A stretch of 64,000 bases of DNA from Parachlamydiales bacterium (GCA_963705295.1 OY970065.1:1632001-1696000); one strand, 5' to 3'. Positions 31,756-41,316 are shown, counted from the stretch's first letter. The notes: generated by a model not told the origin, from the letters alone. Numbers and translations: made by a program.

Positions 31756-32915
31756 TCACCGATACCTTCACTTGGGATTTTCAGACTTTTGAAGCGCATG
31801 TCGAAGGAATGTGCGCTCAAATCGATGCCTTTCCCCATGAAAGAGTCGCCTTATTGGGCCACATTGCACCTGAGACAATTCTCGCACTCTTTGCTATTTG
31901 GAAAGTCGGCAAAATTGCGTGTCCCTTAAGCACAAGACTTCCCTCTCCAGAACCAGCATTGTCACAACTCGAAACAGAACTCTTCATACCGACCATGCCA
32001 AAACCCCAACCACCCATTTCCAAAGAATGGAACTTGCAAAAGCCAGCCACCTTTCTCTTCACCTCCGGATCATCAGGGAAACCCAAAATCGCCTGTCACA
32101 CCCTTGCCAATCATCTCTTCAGCGCCCAAGGATCAAACCAACTCATTCCCCTCGAAAAAACCGACCGGTGGGCCCTCACCCTTCCCCTCTTCCATGTCGG
32201 CGGCCTTGGAATCTTATTCCGCTGCTATCTCGCCCAGTGCTCCATTCTCCTCAACTCTTTAGAAACCGCCACCCATATCTCAATGGTCCCCACCCAGCTC
32301 TTACGATTGCAAACCCCGCTCCCTAATCTCAAAACCATTCTCCTCGGCGGTGCCCCACTACCCGACATCTCCACACCTTGGAATATTCTTCCAACCTATG
32401 GCATGACCGAGATGAGTTCTCAAATCGTCACTGGCAATAAAATCCATCCCCACGCAGAACTCAAAATCGCTCCAGATAAAGAAATTTGGGTCCGCGGCCC
32501 CGTCCTGTTCCAAGGGTATTTAGAAAACAATGAAATCCACCTTCCCCTCACTGACGGCTGGTTTGCCACCAAAGATCTCGGTGAGTGGCGAGATGGGAAA
32601 TTGCATATCCTCGGCCGAAAAGACAACCTTTTCATCTCAGGCGGTGAAAACATCCAGCCCGAAGAAATCGAAGCCGCCATCCGAACCTTCTGCCACATGG
32701 AGTCTATCGTTGTCCCTTTCCCTGATCCCGAATTCGGCGCTCGTCCCGCCGTCTTCCTCCCCCCACCCTTCAACCTCCCCAAACTCCAAGCCGCCCTCCT
32801 CCCCCACCTCCCCAAATACAAAATCCCCATCCGCGCATTCCCCCTCCCCCCTCAAACCAGCCTCAAACCCAACCGAAAAGAACTCGCCCAATTGACCAAT
32901 AATTCCAGTTGTTGA
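31749..32915 (+). CDS. menE: o-succinylbenzoate-CoA ligase
   Basis: FTSGSSGKPK, LPLFHVGG, TYGMTE, GRKDNLFISGGENIQPEEIE. Confidence 0.93.
   Translation: MLITDTFTWDFQTFEAHVEGMCAQIDAFPHERVALLGHIAPETILALFAIWKVGKIACPLSTRLPSPEPALSQLETELFIPTMPKPQPPISKEWNLQKPATFLFTSGSSGKPKIACHTLANHLFSAQGSNQLIPLEKTDRWALTLPLFHVGGLGILFRCYLAQCSILLNSLETATHISMVPTQLLRLQTPLPNLKTILLGGAPLPDISTPWNILPTYGMTEMSSQIVTGNKIHPHAELKIAPDKEIWVRGPVLFQGYLENNEIHLPLTDGWFATKDLGEWRDGKLHILGRKDNLFISGGENIQPEEIEAAIRTFCHMESIVVPFPDPEFGARPAVFLPPPFNLPKLQAALLPHLPKYKIPIRAFPLPPQTSLKPNRKELAQLTNNSSC
32807..32891 (+). repeat. Direct repeat, copy 1 (3' end of menE)
   Basis: CCTCCCCAAATACAAAATCCCCATCC...GAAAAGAACTCGCCCAA recurs at 33607-33690. Confidence 0.9.
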
Positions 32916-32956
32916 TACACTGTGTATACATACGTATCTACAAAAATAAGGCTTAT

Positions 32957-33193
32957 ATGACAGTAACTAAAAAACTAACTAGACACGGGAATAGTTACGC
33001 TCTCGTGATTGAACGTCCTATTCTCGAACTCTTGGGGATTGATACCGATACCTTGCTTCGAATTTCTACACCTGATGGGGCCTCCATTGTGATTACACCC
33101 GTCAAAGATAAAGCTCAAAAACGGAAGTTTTCAAGCTCGCTTAGAAAAATTAACAAAAAATATGGTAGAGTTCTCAAAAATTTAGCTGAATAA
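32957..33193 (+). CDS. AbrB/MazE-type antitoxin
   Basis: KKLTRHGNSYALVIERPILELLGI swapped-hairpin motif; C-terminal INKKYGRVLKNLAE; translationally coupled to doc. Confidence 0.88.
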   Translation: MTVTKKLTRHGNSYALVIERPILELLGIDTDTLLRISTPDGASIVITPVKDKAQKRKFSSSLRKINKKYGRVLKNLAE

Positions 33194-33570
33194 TGTATTT
33201 TTTAACTCTCGAAGATGTCTTAGAAATTCATTCCGACCAGATCAACCGGTATGGCGGTAAAAGAGGAATTCGCGATCAAAATCTACTTCTTTCTGCTATT
33301 GCACAACCATTTAGTACTTTTGAGGGGCAATACCTCCATAAAACTATATTTGATAAAGCTTCAGCATATCTTTTCCATATCTGCCAAAATCATCCTTTTA
33401 TCGATGGGAATAAAAGAGTCGCTACAGTCTCAGCACTTTTATTTTTGGCTATGAATGATTATCCTATCGATTTTAAAGAAAGTGAGTTGGAAAAATTAGT
33501 GTTTTCAGTTGCCGAAGGCAAAAAGAAAAAACCTGAAATTGCTGCCTTTCTTGCTAAGAATTTAGGATAG
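33193..33570 (+). CDS. doc: Doc (death-on-curing) / Fic family toxin
   Basis: HSDQINRYGG..GIRD..LL.SA and the HPFIDGNKR catalytic motif. Confidence 0.93.
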   Translation: MYFLTLEDVLEIHSDQINRYGGKRGIRDQNLLLSAIAQPFSTFEGQYLHKTIFDKASAYLFHICQNHPFIDGNKRVATVSALLFLAMNDYPIDFKESELEKLVFSVAEGKKKKPEIAAFLAKNLG

Positions 33571-33597
33571 ACTTCTATTGACAATCACCCCTTTCTG

Positions 33598-33690
33598 AGC
33601 CGCCCTCCTCCCCAAATACAAAATCCCCATCCGCGCATTCCCCCTCCCCCTCAAACCAGCCTCAAACCCAATCGAAAAGAACTCGCCCAA
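33598..33690 (+). repeat. Direct repeat, copy 2 (degenerate duplicate of the menE 3' end)
   Basis: Matches 32789-32891 apart from a 9-nt deletion, one lost C in a C-run and one substitution. Confidence 0.9.
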
Positions 33691-33772
33691 CGGATATCAA
33701 ATCTTCGTAACGAGTGAGTGTCGAGTTTTCTTCTAGATTGGTAATTGGATCCCCAGGTAACATTTTTGCATT

Positions 33773-36262
33773 ATGCCGGGAGTTCCTCCATTTCAAACGC
33801 AGAGGCTAGAGAATCTTTTCCGTCCGCCTGTTCTCGATAAATATATTCAAAAAACACCCGCGAAGAAAAAGAATTCCAAACCATTCTTGAAATGGATGTT
33901 TTTAGGCTTGGGAGTGATTTGTACCGTTATTTTTGTGTGGATGAGAACACCGGAAGTTCAAGAGTCGTTTACATATTTAAAAGGGCCGTTTCCTGATTTT
34001 ATCGGGCGAGAGAAATACTTGAATATTTTGAGTAGAGAACTGGTTCGTGTCGCTCCTGGAACTGTTCGAATGAAAGTGATTTGGGGAAGAGGCGGGTATG
34101 GAAAGAGCGAACTGGCTGTAGAATTTGCCAACCGTTTTAGGTCCCGTTTTTCACTCATTTGGACATTTTACTGCGATAGCGAGGAAAACATCCATCAAGG
34201 GTACCGAGATCTAGCTAATAAGTTGGGCATTTTGAATCCTTCCGATTCTTTTTCTAAAATCCGAGAGAAAGTCCATTTTTACTTAGAAAACCATCACTTT
34301 CATCTCCCCTGGCTGTTGCTCTTTGACAATGTGGAGGAAGAATTCAAGGAATATCCTCAACGGGGCGGAGCTATTTTAATCACTTCGCAGAAAAAAGTTT
34401 TAAATCCAGAATATCTTTTGGAAATCCATCCTTTTTCAAAAGAAGAATCGATCCAACTTCTGGAGAAAATTACCCATGAACCGCGCAGCGCAGCGATGGA
34501 AGAAGTTTTTCAAGACTTGGAAGGGATTCCCCTGCTGCTGAACTATGCTGCCCATTACATTAAAGCAACGCCCGGTTGCGGGGTCTCTGATTACCATACT
34601 CTTTTTTCATCCCATCTCTATGGAAAAGAAGGGCCTCTTTGGAATGAAACCGATGTCAATCGGAGATACTTTAAGAGTTTATTTTCTTCCTGGCAATTTC
34701 CTCTGAAAGCTCTAGAAAAAGAAAATCCACTTGCCCTTCAATGGCTCTATGTCTGCAGTTATTTGTATCCTGAACATATCCAAGAAGACTGGATCGATGA
34801 CTGGCTAAAGTTTAAACTTGGAAAGGAAAAACCTCTTGAAATCGAACGGAAAGAAATTCTAAAAACCCTGCAAGATTACGGTATCATCAAGTATCAGAGA
34901 GAATCGAAAACATTTTATCTCCACCGTTTTTTTCAACATATGATCCGCGATAGTCGTGAGGCGCATGCAGAAGACGACCTCAAAGAGACTGTTTCCCTGC
35001 TCGAGAAACACGAAGATGATTACAACTTTTTCAAAACATCGTCGTGGCAAGCCGGGAAAAATTGGCATTTACATGCAGTTGAAATCAAAAAGTGGCTTCA
35101 AAAATACCCGCATTTCTTATCTGATTCTTTTTCGATCAAGGTAAAAGCTGGCCTCTATGAATCGATCGGCATTTGGGATCTCTTTAATTACAGGTACCAT
35201 GATTCGACAGAAAACTTAAAGGAAGCCTTAAATTTGAGATTATCTTTGAATGAAAATTCTTTCCTTTTGGGAGAAGATTATTCTTCTATTGGATGGGCTT
35301 TGCTGGAAGAAGGAAACTTGAGGGAAGCCTCTGAATATCTTGCTAAAGGTGGCGAAATCCTCCAACTTTTTGTCGAGGGAGAACAAGGCCACCGGTTCGC
35401 TGACAATCTCAATTCACTCGGCCTGACAAATTTTGTCATGGGAAATTATGAAACGGCGCTCACTTATTTTCGAGATGCTTTAGCAATCAATGAAAAAAGA
35501 GAAGGGAACATCTATCAAATCTATACGAGCTGTAATCTCAATAACATTGGGCGGTGTCTCTTTGAACAAGGCCATTTCGATCAGGCTGAACGAACTTTTG
35601 ATCGATCGATTCAAGTGATGGACAAATCGTGCGATACCAAGCATCCGTATTATCTGTGGGTGCAAGTTTGGAAAGCCGATTGTCTATCGGCAAGAGGAGA
35701 TTTTAATAAAGCCTTACCGATGATTGAGAAAGCCTTAGCAGCATATCAGGGCCCTGAACATGGGGAATTAAACTACCCTTACAATGGCATGGGGGTGTGT
35801 TATTTCCACCTCAACCAATTCAAAAAAGCAAAGGAGATGTTCAAAAAAGGGTGTTATTTCGGTCAGAAATATTTTGGAAAAGAAAATCCTTATGCCGCTA
35901 GGTCGTATCCAGGTCTCGGTTGGTCGTATCTCAAGGAAAAAAAGGTCCGAAAAGGGGTGAAGTATCTTTTAAAAAGCCTCACTGTCGGGGTGCAGTGTCA
36001 TTTTTCTCCAGAGAAGATGACAAAGTTTCTCACCGATTTTCAAGAAGGGTTAAAAGAAGCAATCTATATTGAAGGAAAAACCGAGTACGTTAAGCATGCT
36101 GCTGCCATGGCGGGTGAGATCAGCGAAAAGGTGCTAGGCAAAGAGCACATTTTAACTCGATTTTTTCAAAACGATTATCTAGACTTGAAGCAAAATGAAA
36201 ATGGTCATCCTTTACTTTTTACTACCTTCTTTAATCTGGGGAGCAAGGAAAGAGCAAATTGA
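33773..36262 (+). CDS. STAND (NB-ARC-like) NTPase with an N-terminal transmembrane helix and C-terminal TPR repeats
   Basis: TM segment FLKWMFLGLGVICTVIFVWM, FIGRE, Walker A GRGGYGKS, Walker B WLLLFDNV, ILITS, GxP motif LEGIPLLL, and kinesin-light-chain-type TPRs (LNSLGL, LNNIG). Confidence 0.9.
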   Translation: MPGVPPFQTQRLENLFRPPVLDKYIQKTPAKKKNSKPFLKWMFLGLGVICTVIFVWMRTPEVQESFTYLKGPFPDFIGREKYLNILSRELVRVAPGTVRMKVIWGRGGYGKSELAVEFANRFRSRFSLIWTFYCDSEENIHQGYRDLANKLGILNPSDSFSKIREKVHFYLENHHFHLPWLLLFDNVEEEFKEYPQRGGAILITSQKKVLNPEYLLEIHPFSKEESIQLLEKITHEPRSAAMEEVFQDLEGIPLLLNYAAHYIKATPGCGVSDYHTLFSSHLYGKEGPLWNETDVNRRYFKSLFSSWQFPLKALEKENPLALQWLYVCSYLYPEHIQEDWIDDWLKFKLGKEKPLEIERKEILKTLQDYGIIKYQRESKTFYLHRFFQHMIRDSREAHAEDDLKETVSLLEKHEDDYNFFKTSSWQAGKNWHLHAVEIKKWLQKYPHFLSDSFSIKVKAGLYESIGIWDLFNYRYHDSTENLKEALNLRLSLNENSFLLGEDYSSIGWALLEEGNLREASEYLAKGGEILQLFVEGEQGHRFADNLNSLGLTNFVMGNYETALTYFRDALAINEKREGNIYQIYTSCNLNNIGRCLFEQGHFDQAERTFDRSIQVMDKSCDTKHPYYLWVQVWKADCLSARGDFNKALPMIEKALAAYQGPEHGELNYPYNGMGVCYFHLNQFKKAKEMFKKGCYFGQKYFGKENPYAARSYPGLGWSYLKEKKVRKGVKYLLKSLTVGVQCHFSPEKMTKFLTDFQEGLKEAIYIEGKTEYVKHAAAMAGEISEKVLGKEHILTRFFQNDYLDLKQNENGHPLLFTTFFNLGSKERAN

Positions 36263-36959
36263 TCTCGTTCAAGAGAGGGCCGAATATTCTTCGCTCATCC
36301 AGGAGATTGCATTAACTCTTCAAGAGAAGAAAATCAAACTCGTGATGACCGATCTCAAAAACGAGAAAGACCATCTCGGGCTCGGCTATATCGTCATCTG
36401 GGACAGACCCGCTTCGATTACACCTGAAGTTCTGCGCCGTTTCGCACACAAAAAGCCGGTTTTATTTCTCTGGGAACCGGAAGCTTATGACCCTGCATAT
36501 GTGGCCCTTTTCAAACGGGTCTATACCTGGAATGACGACCTTGTTGACAATCAGAAATTTTTCAAATTTTACTATCCCGTCCTCCAAGCGATGGCAGGAA
36601 ATCTCCTCCCGTTTGAAAAAAGAAAACTCGTGACCCATAATCCTAAAGAGGCAGCCGAATTCAGATTCTGCATTTGCAAGGAGAAAGTGGAAACCAAAGG
36701 ATACATCTCCGAGAAGATCTTCCAGTGTTTTGCTGCGGGCTGCGTGCCGATTTATACGGGATCCAGCAATGTCACAGACTATATTCCCTCAAACTGCTTC
36801 ATCGATGGAAGAAAACTCCAGAATTTAGAAAACATAAGCCCGGCGACGTATGAAGAGTATCTAAATCATATCCGAGAGTTCCTCAAAAGTGATGAGGCCC
36901 ACTTATTTTCAAAAGAGATGTTTCAAGTTATTTTCTTGGAAGCCATTCGATTTCCTTAA
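36195..36959 (+). CDS. Glycosyltransferase family 10 (alpha-1,3-fucosyltransferase-like), apparently shortened
   Basis: LFLWEP, FKRVYTWNDDLVDN, GYISEKIFQCFAAGCVPIYTGS GT10 motif, YIPSNCFID; hydrophobic N-terminus. Confidence 0.8.
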   Translation: MKMVILYFLLPSLIWGARKEQIDLVQERAEYSSLIQEIALTLQEKKIKLVMTDLKNEKDHLGLGYIVIWDRPASITPEVLRRFAHKKPVLFLWEPEAYDPAYVALFKRVYTWNDDLVDNQKFFKFYYPVLQAMAGNLLPFEKRKLVTHNPKEAAEFRFCICKEKVETKGYISEKIFQCFAAGCVPIYTGSSNVTDYIPSNCFIDGRKLQNLENISPATYEEYLNHIREFLKSDEAHLFSKEMFQVIFLEAIRFP

Positions 36960-37044
36960 GTATTAAGTAGTTATATTTATTAAAAGTGTAATCATTGTCG
37001 GAAAAAGGATCCTTTCTTATAATCCGGCACTTGCTTGCAAAAAT

Positions 37045-38979
37045 ATGGCAATAAAAAGATCGCATCTAGAAAACCCAATAGACTTTTTTTTAATGGAGGG
37101 AGAACGGGCTCTTTTGGTAGGGGACCCGGCGGGTATCGATTTTTTTGAAAAAGCATCGGAACTCGATCCCTCCAATAGCGAAAATTTTTATAGACAGGGT
37201 CTTGCCCTCTTCGAATTTGGCTCAGTGAAAGGAAGAGAAAAAACTCTTTTACTGGCATCAAAAAAATTTAAAATGGCGACCCGGCTTTCACCCCAATTTT
37301 TCGAAGCTTGGCATGCCTGGGGAAATACCCTGTTCCTCTTGGAGCGGCCTCAAGAGGCAGAGGAAAAGCTTCAACAAGCGGTGAAAAACAGCCTCCATCA
37401 ATCTCCAGATTTACAAGCGGAACTCTTTTGGGACCTCGGCAAAGTCTGGATTGAAATTGGACACCATTCGGGCGAAGCCAGTGATTTACAAAAAGGTCTT
37501 GACGCCTTTCAAAAAAGTTGTGAGCTCGATAAGAGTCTTCCTCAAGAATTTTGGATTGATTTCGCTCTGGCTTATTTGGAAATGTCGGAGCGGATCAATG
37601 ATACCCACCAACTGATCAAAGCAATCCACCATCTCAAACACGCCGTTTCACTCGAGCTTTCCTCTTTCGAAGGATGGATGAATCTTGCCCGGAGTATGGG
37701 AAAACTCTACACCTATGTTCAAGATGAAGCCCATTTCAACGGAGCACACGAATACTTTTCCGCGGCAGCCAATCTCCGGCCTCACAATCTAGAAACATGG
37801 CACGAATGGGCATTTTTCTTATTGAAAGCAGGACAGCAAACGAGCGACACAAAAAAACTCCGCACGTGCATCGAAAAATGTAAGCGAGGCTCTGCTTTAA
37901 ATTCTCAAAGTCCAAACCTTTTAGCCATCTGGTCCGAAGCTTTAGCAACCCTCGGGCAAATGACAGATAATATCGATCTTCTCCATGATGCCCAAAATAA
38001 AATTGCCGAAGCCCATGAATTTTCTGAAGAAGGAGAAATCGATGTTCTCCACTATGAAGGTAAAGTTCTTTATTACTGGGGAAATTATTTCAATGATTTT
38101 GAATATTACTACCAAGCCATTGAAAAATTTCAAGAAATCATCTCTTACGACCGGACCCGGTTCCAAGATTGGTTTGCGATTGCAAAAGTTTATTCCAAAA
38201 TTGGAGAAATCGATGACGACATCGATGCATTTGAAAAGGCGCTCCGGTTTTACGCCAAAGCCGTCGATTTAAGACCGTCGAGCCTCTATTATTTTGAATA
38301 TGGACTCACACTTTCCCATTTGGGAGAGATGAAAAGGGACCCCGAATTTTTGCAGCAGGCCATCACATATTTTGAATACGCCCTTCAAATTCAAAGGAAA
38401 GCGTTGTACACCCACCCAGGGTGGCTTTTCCACTATGCGATTACACTCGATCTTTTAGGCGATCTCCAAGAAGATGAATCTCTCTACCAAAAATCTTTCG
38501 AAATCTTTAGCCAAGTGCTCATGGTCGATCCCGATTTTCCCCGCATCCATTATCACCTCGGCCTCAGCTTTTCTCATCTAGGAGAAGCTCTGGGAGAAAT
38601 GGACTATTTTTACCGAGCTGTCCATCACTACCGTCTAGCCTTTAAACATGCTGAGGAAGACGATTTCATCATCCTTGACTGGGGCATCACCCTTATCCAC
38701 ATCGCTCAGCACACCTTTGACAAAGATATCGCCGATGTTTGTTACCGCGAGTCGGAAATAAAACTGCTCCAAGCGGCCCGTCTGGGCAGTGAACAATCGT
38801 TCTACCAACTCGGCTGCCTCTACTCACTCCTGAAAAACTACGATAAAGCCCTCTATTTTCTCCAAAAGTCCCATGAAGCCAAATCGCTCCCCCCTCTTGA
38901 AGAGCTCCTCGACGACGAGTGGCTCGACGGCCTCCGCCTCACCCCCTCCTTCCAAGAATTCCTCGCCCTCTTATCCTAA
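37045..38979 (+). CDS. Tetratricopeptide repeat protein
   Basis: TPR pattern throughout; ends in the FYQLGCLYSL...AL..L.K-type TPR end-of-group motif. Confidence 0.85.
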   Translation: MAIKRSHLENPIDFFLMEGERALLVGDPAGIDFFEKASELDPSNSENFYRQGLALFEFGSVKGREKTLLLASKKFKMATRLSPQFFEAWHAWGNTLFLLERPQEAEEKLQQAVKNSLHQSPDLQAELFWDLGKVWIEIGHHSGEASDLQKGLDAFQKSCELDKSLPQEFWIDFALAYLEMSERINDTHQLIKAIHHLKHAVSLELSSFEGWMNLARSMGKLYTYVQDEAHFNGAHEYFSAAANLRPHNLETWHEWAFFLLKAGQQTSDTKKLRTCIEKCKRGSALNSQSPNLLAIWSEALATLGQMTDNIDLLHDAQNKIAEAHEFSEEGEIDVLHYEGKVLYYWGNYFNDFEYYYQAIEKFQEIISYDRTRFQDWFAIAKVYSKIGEIDDDIDAFEKALRFYAKAVDLRPSSLYYFEYGLTLSHLGEMKRDPEFLQQAITYFEYALQIQRKALYTHPGWLFHYAITLDLLGDLQEDESLYQKSFEIFSQVLMVDPDFPRIHYHLGLSFSHLGEALGEMDYFYRAVHHYRLAFKHAEEDDFIILDWGITLIHIAQHTFDKDIADVCYRESEIKLLQAARLGSEQSFYQLGCLYSLLKNYDKALYFLQKSHEAKSLPPLEELLDDEWLDGLRLTPSFQEFLALLS

Positions 38980-39452
38980 TGAATAGGGAAGGCGGCGAAG
39001 ACGACAAAGTTGTTGACGCCGGGGTTTCGGCTCGAGAGGTGGGCGTTGGAAACGTGGTAGAACATGCCGCCGAAACGGTAGCCGCCACGGAAACGGTAGG
39101 CTCCCTCGAAGGCGGAGCGGAATTCTATCGGAAAACCTAAGTCTTTTCCGTAACCTCGGGAATAGACTCCAGGACAAAAACTGGGAGTAAAAACCAATCT
39201 TTTCCCGATGAAAATGTCGTAGCTGATTCCCCCATAAAGATAAGTTGAACCCATTTCTGAGCCGAAGATGCCAACCTGGGGCCGGAGCTGATCAATGACC
39301 GGTTTAAACTTGTATTCGACCTCCCAAAGATACCTTTTATGAACTCCCGTGACATTAAAAAGACCCATTCCCACAGAAAGAAGGCCCGGATCATCGATTG
39401 CATAGACTTTTCCTAGGAGAAGCAAAATAAAAATGCCAGTATATACCCTCAT
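38976..39452 (-). CDS. Acyloxyacyl hydrolase / PagL-like outer-membrane beta-barrel
   Basis: Signal peptide, GKDLGFPIEFRS, and YHVSNAHL..RNPGVN (the H-x-S-N PagL-type motif). Confidence 0.85.
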   Translation of the reverse strand: MRVYTGIFILLLLGKVYAIDDPGLLSVGMGLFNVTGVHKRYLWEVEYKFKPVIDQLRPQVGIFGSEMGSTYLYGGISYDIFIGKRLVFTPSFCPGVYSRGYGKDLGFPIEFRSAFEGAYRFRGGYRFGGMFYHVSNAHLSSRNPGVNNFVVFAAFPIH

Positions 39453-39522
39453 CCTTGTGTATAGATCCCCCGTTTGTTACAATACAGGTTTTGCAAAAAG
39501 TGTCAACCTTCCGAGGAAATAG

Positions 39523-41316
39523 ATGGATAAACGAACGATCATTTTTGTGGTTCTGATGACTGCGGCCTTCTTTCTGGTGAACCACTTTCTATTTCCCTCC
39601 AAACCTCAACCGGTCGCTCCTGTTGCGGTGCAAACAACTCCGGTCAAAGAGAAAACCGCTGTTGCTGTTTCCAATGAGATAAGATACGTGATCCAGAACG
39701 AATACCAACAGCTGGTGATATCCAATCTGAATGGGGGTGTTGCCGAAATCAACTTGCCTTTCAAAAGCCAAGAAAATCCGCAGAGTGTTGTCCGGAAGAT
39801 TCGGCCCGATATCATCTTAGAGGATGACTATCCAAACAGAGATCGATTTCCCGCAGGTCCGTACCAAACCTATCAAGGTAGTTTCAATCAAGGCGCCGTC
39901 GATGGGTATTATCCTTTGATCAGAAGAAGTAGCGCTCCTGAATACTACGCTCTTGCAACAGCTGCAAGCTCCCCTTTTAAATTGAAAAGATTGGAAAAAA
40001 ATTTGATTGAAATTGAAGGTTCAACCGACCACGGAACGATCACAAAGACCTACACATTGCCAGCCGATCCATCGGCAACGCCGTATTCATTCGATCTGCA
40101 AATCAAAGTTGAAGGGAAACCGGAAAACCTTTTTTTAACAACGGGTGTTCCAGAGGTAGAAATTGTTTCAGGAAGTTCGACTCAGATGCTGAAATACCGA
40201 TTGACGAAGGGGAAAAAAGGGATTGTCGAACAAATCTCTCTTCCGAAAACCGAAACGACCATCGGTTCGATTATCCCCAATTGGATTGCCAACTCGAATG
40301 GATTTTTTGCTGTGATTCTAGATCCTCAATCCGAAGTAGGACCAGGTGTAACAGCTTGGAAAGTCGATGGAAATCTTGTTCCGACAAGACTGACGGTGAT
40401 CGATTCGGAATATAACCTTTATCCTCCAAGCAACTATCCAGGATATCTCATGCAACTTCCCCTGAAAAACCAGGAAGGAACATACCATTTCCGGGTTTTT
40501 GCTGGACCACTCGCCACGACGATTTTGGAGAAGAATGACGCCGTCTATAAAGGCGACTATATCGCGACCAAGAGTTTCCATGGATGGTTTGCGTTTATTT
40601 CGGAACCTTTTGCGAAATTTTTATTCTTCCTCATGAAAATTTTCTATGCAGTCGTCCGGTCCTGGGGGGTTGCGATCATTCTTTTAACGATTGCACTGCG
40701 CGTCATGCTCTATCCTCTGAATGCCTGGTCGATTAAATCGACCATCAAAATGCAAAAACTGTCCCCAAAATTAACGGCTATTCAAGAGAAGTACAAAAAA
40801 GATCCTAAAAGAGCTCAAGTTGAAATCATGAACATGTACCGTCAGCAAGGGGTCAATCCATTAGGAGGATGTCTTCCTCTCTTGATCCAAATGCCGTTTT
40901 TGATTGGAATGTTCGAACTGCTGAAAACGACCTTTGAACTGAGGGGAGATCGGTTTATTCCGGGATGGATCGACAACCTGGCTGCACCCGACATCCTTTT
41001 CTCCTGGCATGCCCCGATTTGGTTTATCGGGACTTCGTTCCATCTTCTCCCCTTCCTGCTCGGTGCTACGATGTACTGGCAACAACGGATGTCGACGGCG
41101 GGCAAAGATCCGAAACAACTCACCGATCAGCAAAAGCAGCAACGGTTCATGGGAAATATCATGACTGTTGTTTTCACTGTTCTCTTTTACAATTTCCCTG
41201 CGGGCCTCAATATTTACTGGCTTTCGTCCATGTTACTGGGTATCCTGCAACAATGGTGGATGACCAAGAAAAGAGCCGATGAAAATTTGGGAAGAGTTCC
41301 TTCAAAACCAAGTTAA
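39523..41316 (+). CDS. yidC: Membrane protein insertase YidC
   Basis: MDKRT N-terminal TM, WGVAIILLT..LR..LYPL, VNPLGGCLPLLIQMP, WIDNLAAPD, FPAGLNIYW. Confidence 0.97.
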   Translation: MDKRTIIFVVLMTAAFFLVNHFLFPSKPQPVAPVAVQTTPVKEKTAVAVSNEIRYVIQNEYQQLVISNLNGGVAEINLPFKSQENPQSVVRKIRPDIILEDDYPNRDRFPAGPYQTYQGSFNQGAVDGYYPLIRRSSAPEYYALATAASSPFKLKRLEKNLIEIEGSTDHGTITKTYTLPADPSATPYSFDLQIKVEGKPENLFLTTGVPEVEIVSGSSTQMLKYRLTKGKKGIVEQISLPKTETTIGSIIPNWIANSNGFFAVILDPQSEVGPGVTAWKVDGNLVPTRLTVIDSEYNLYPPSNYPGYLMQLPLKNQEGTYHFRVFAGPLATTILEKNDAVYKGDYIATKSFHGWFAFISEPFAKFLFFLMKIFYAVVRSWGVAIILLTIALRVMLYPLNAWSIKSTIKMQKLSPKLTAIQEKYKKDPKRAQVEIMNMYRQQGVNPLGGCLPLLIQMPFLIGMFELLKTTFELRGDRFIPGWIDNLAAPDILFSWHAPIWFIGTSFHLLPFLLGATMYWQQRMSTAGKDPKQLTDQQKQQRFMGNIMTVVFTVLFYNFPAGLNIYWLSSMLLGILQQWWMTKKRADENLGRVPSKPS

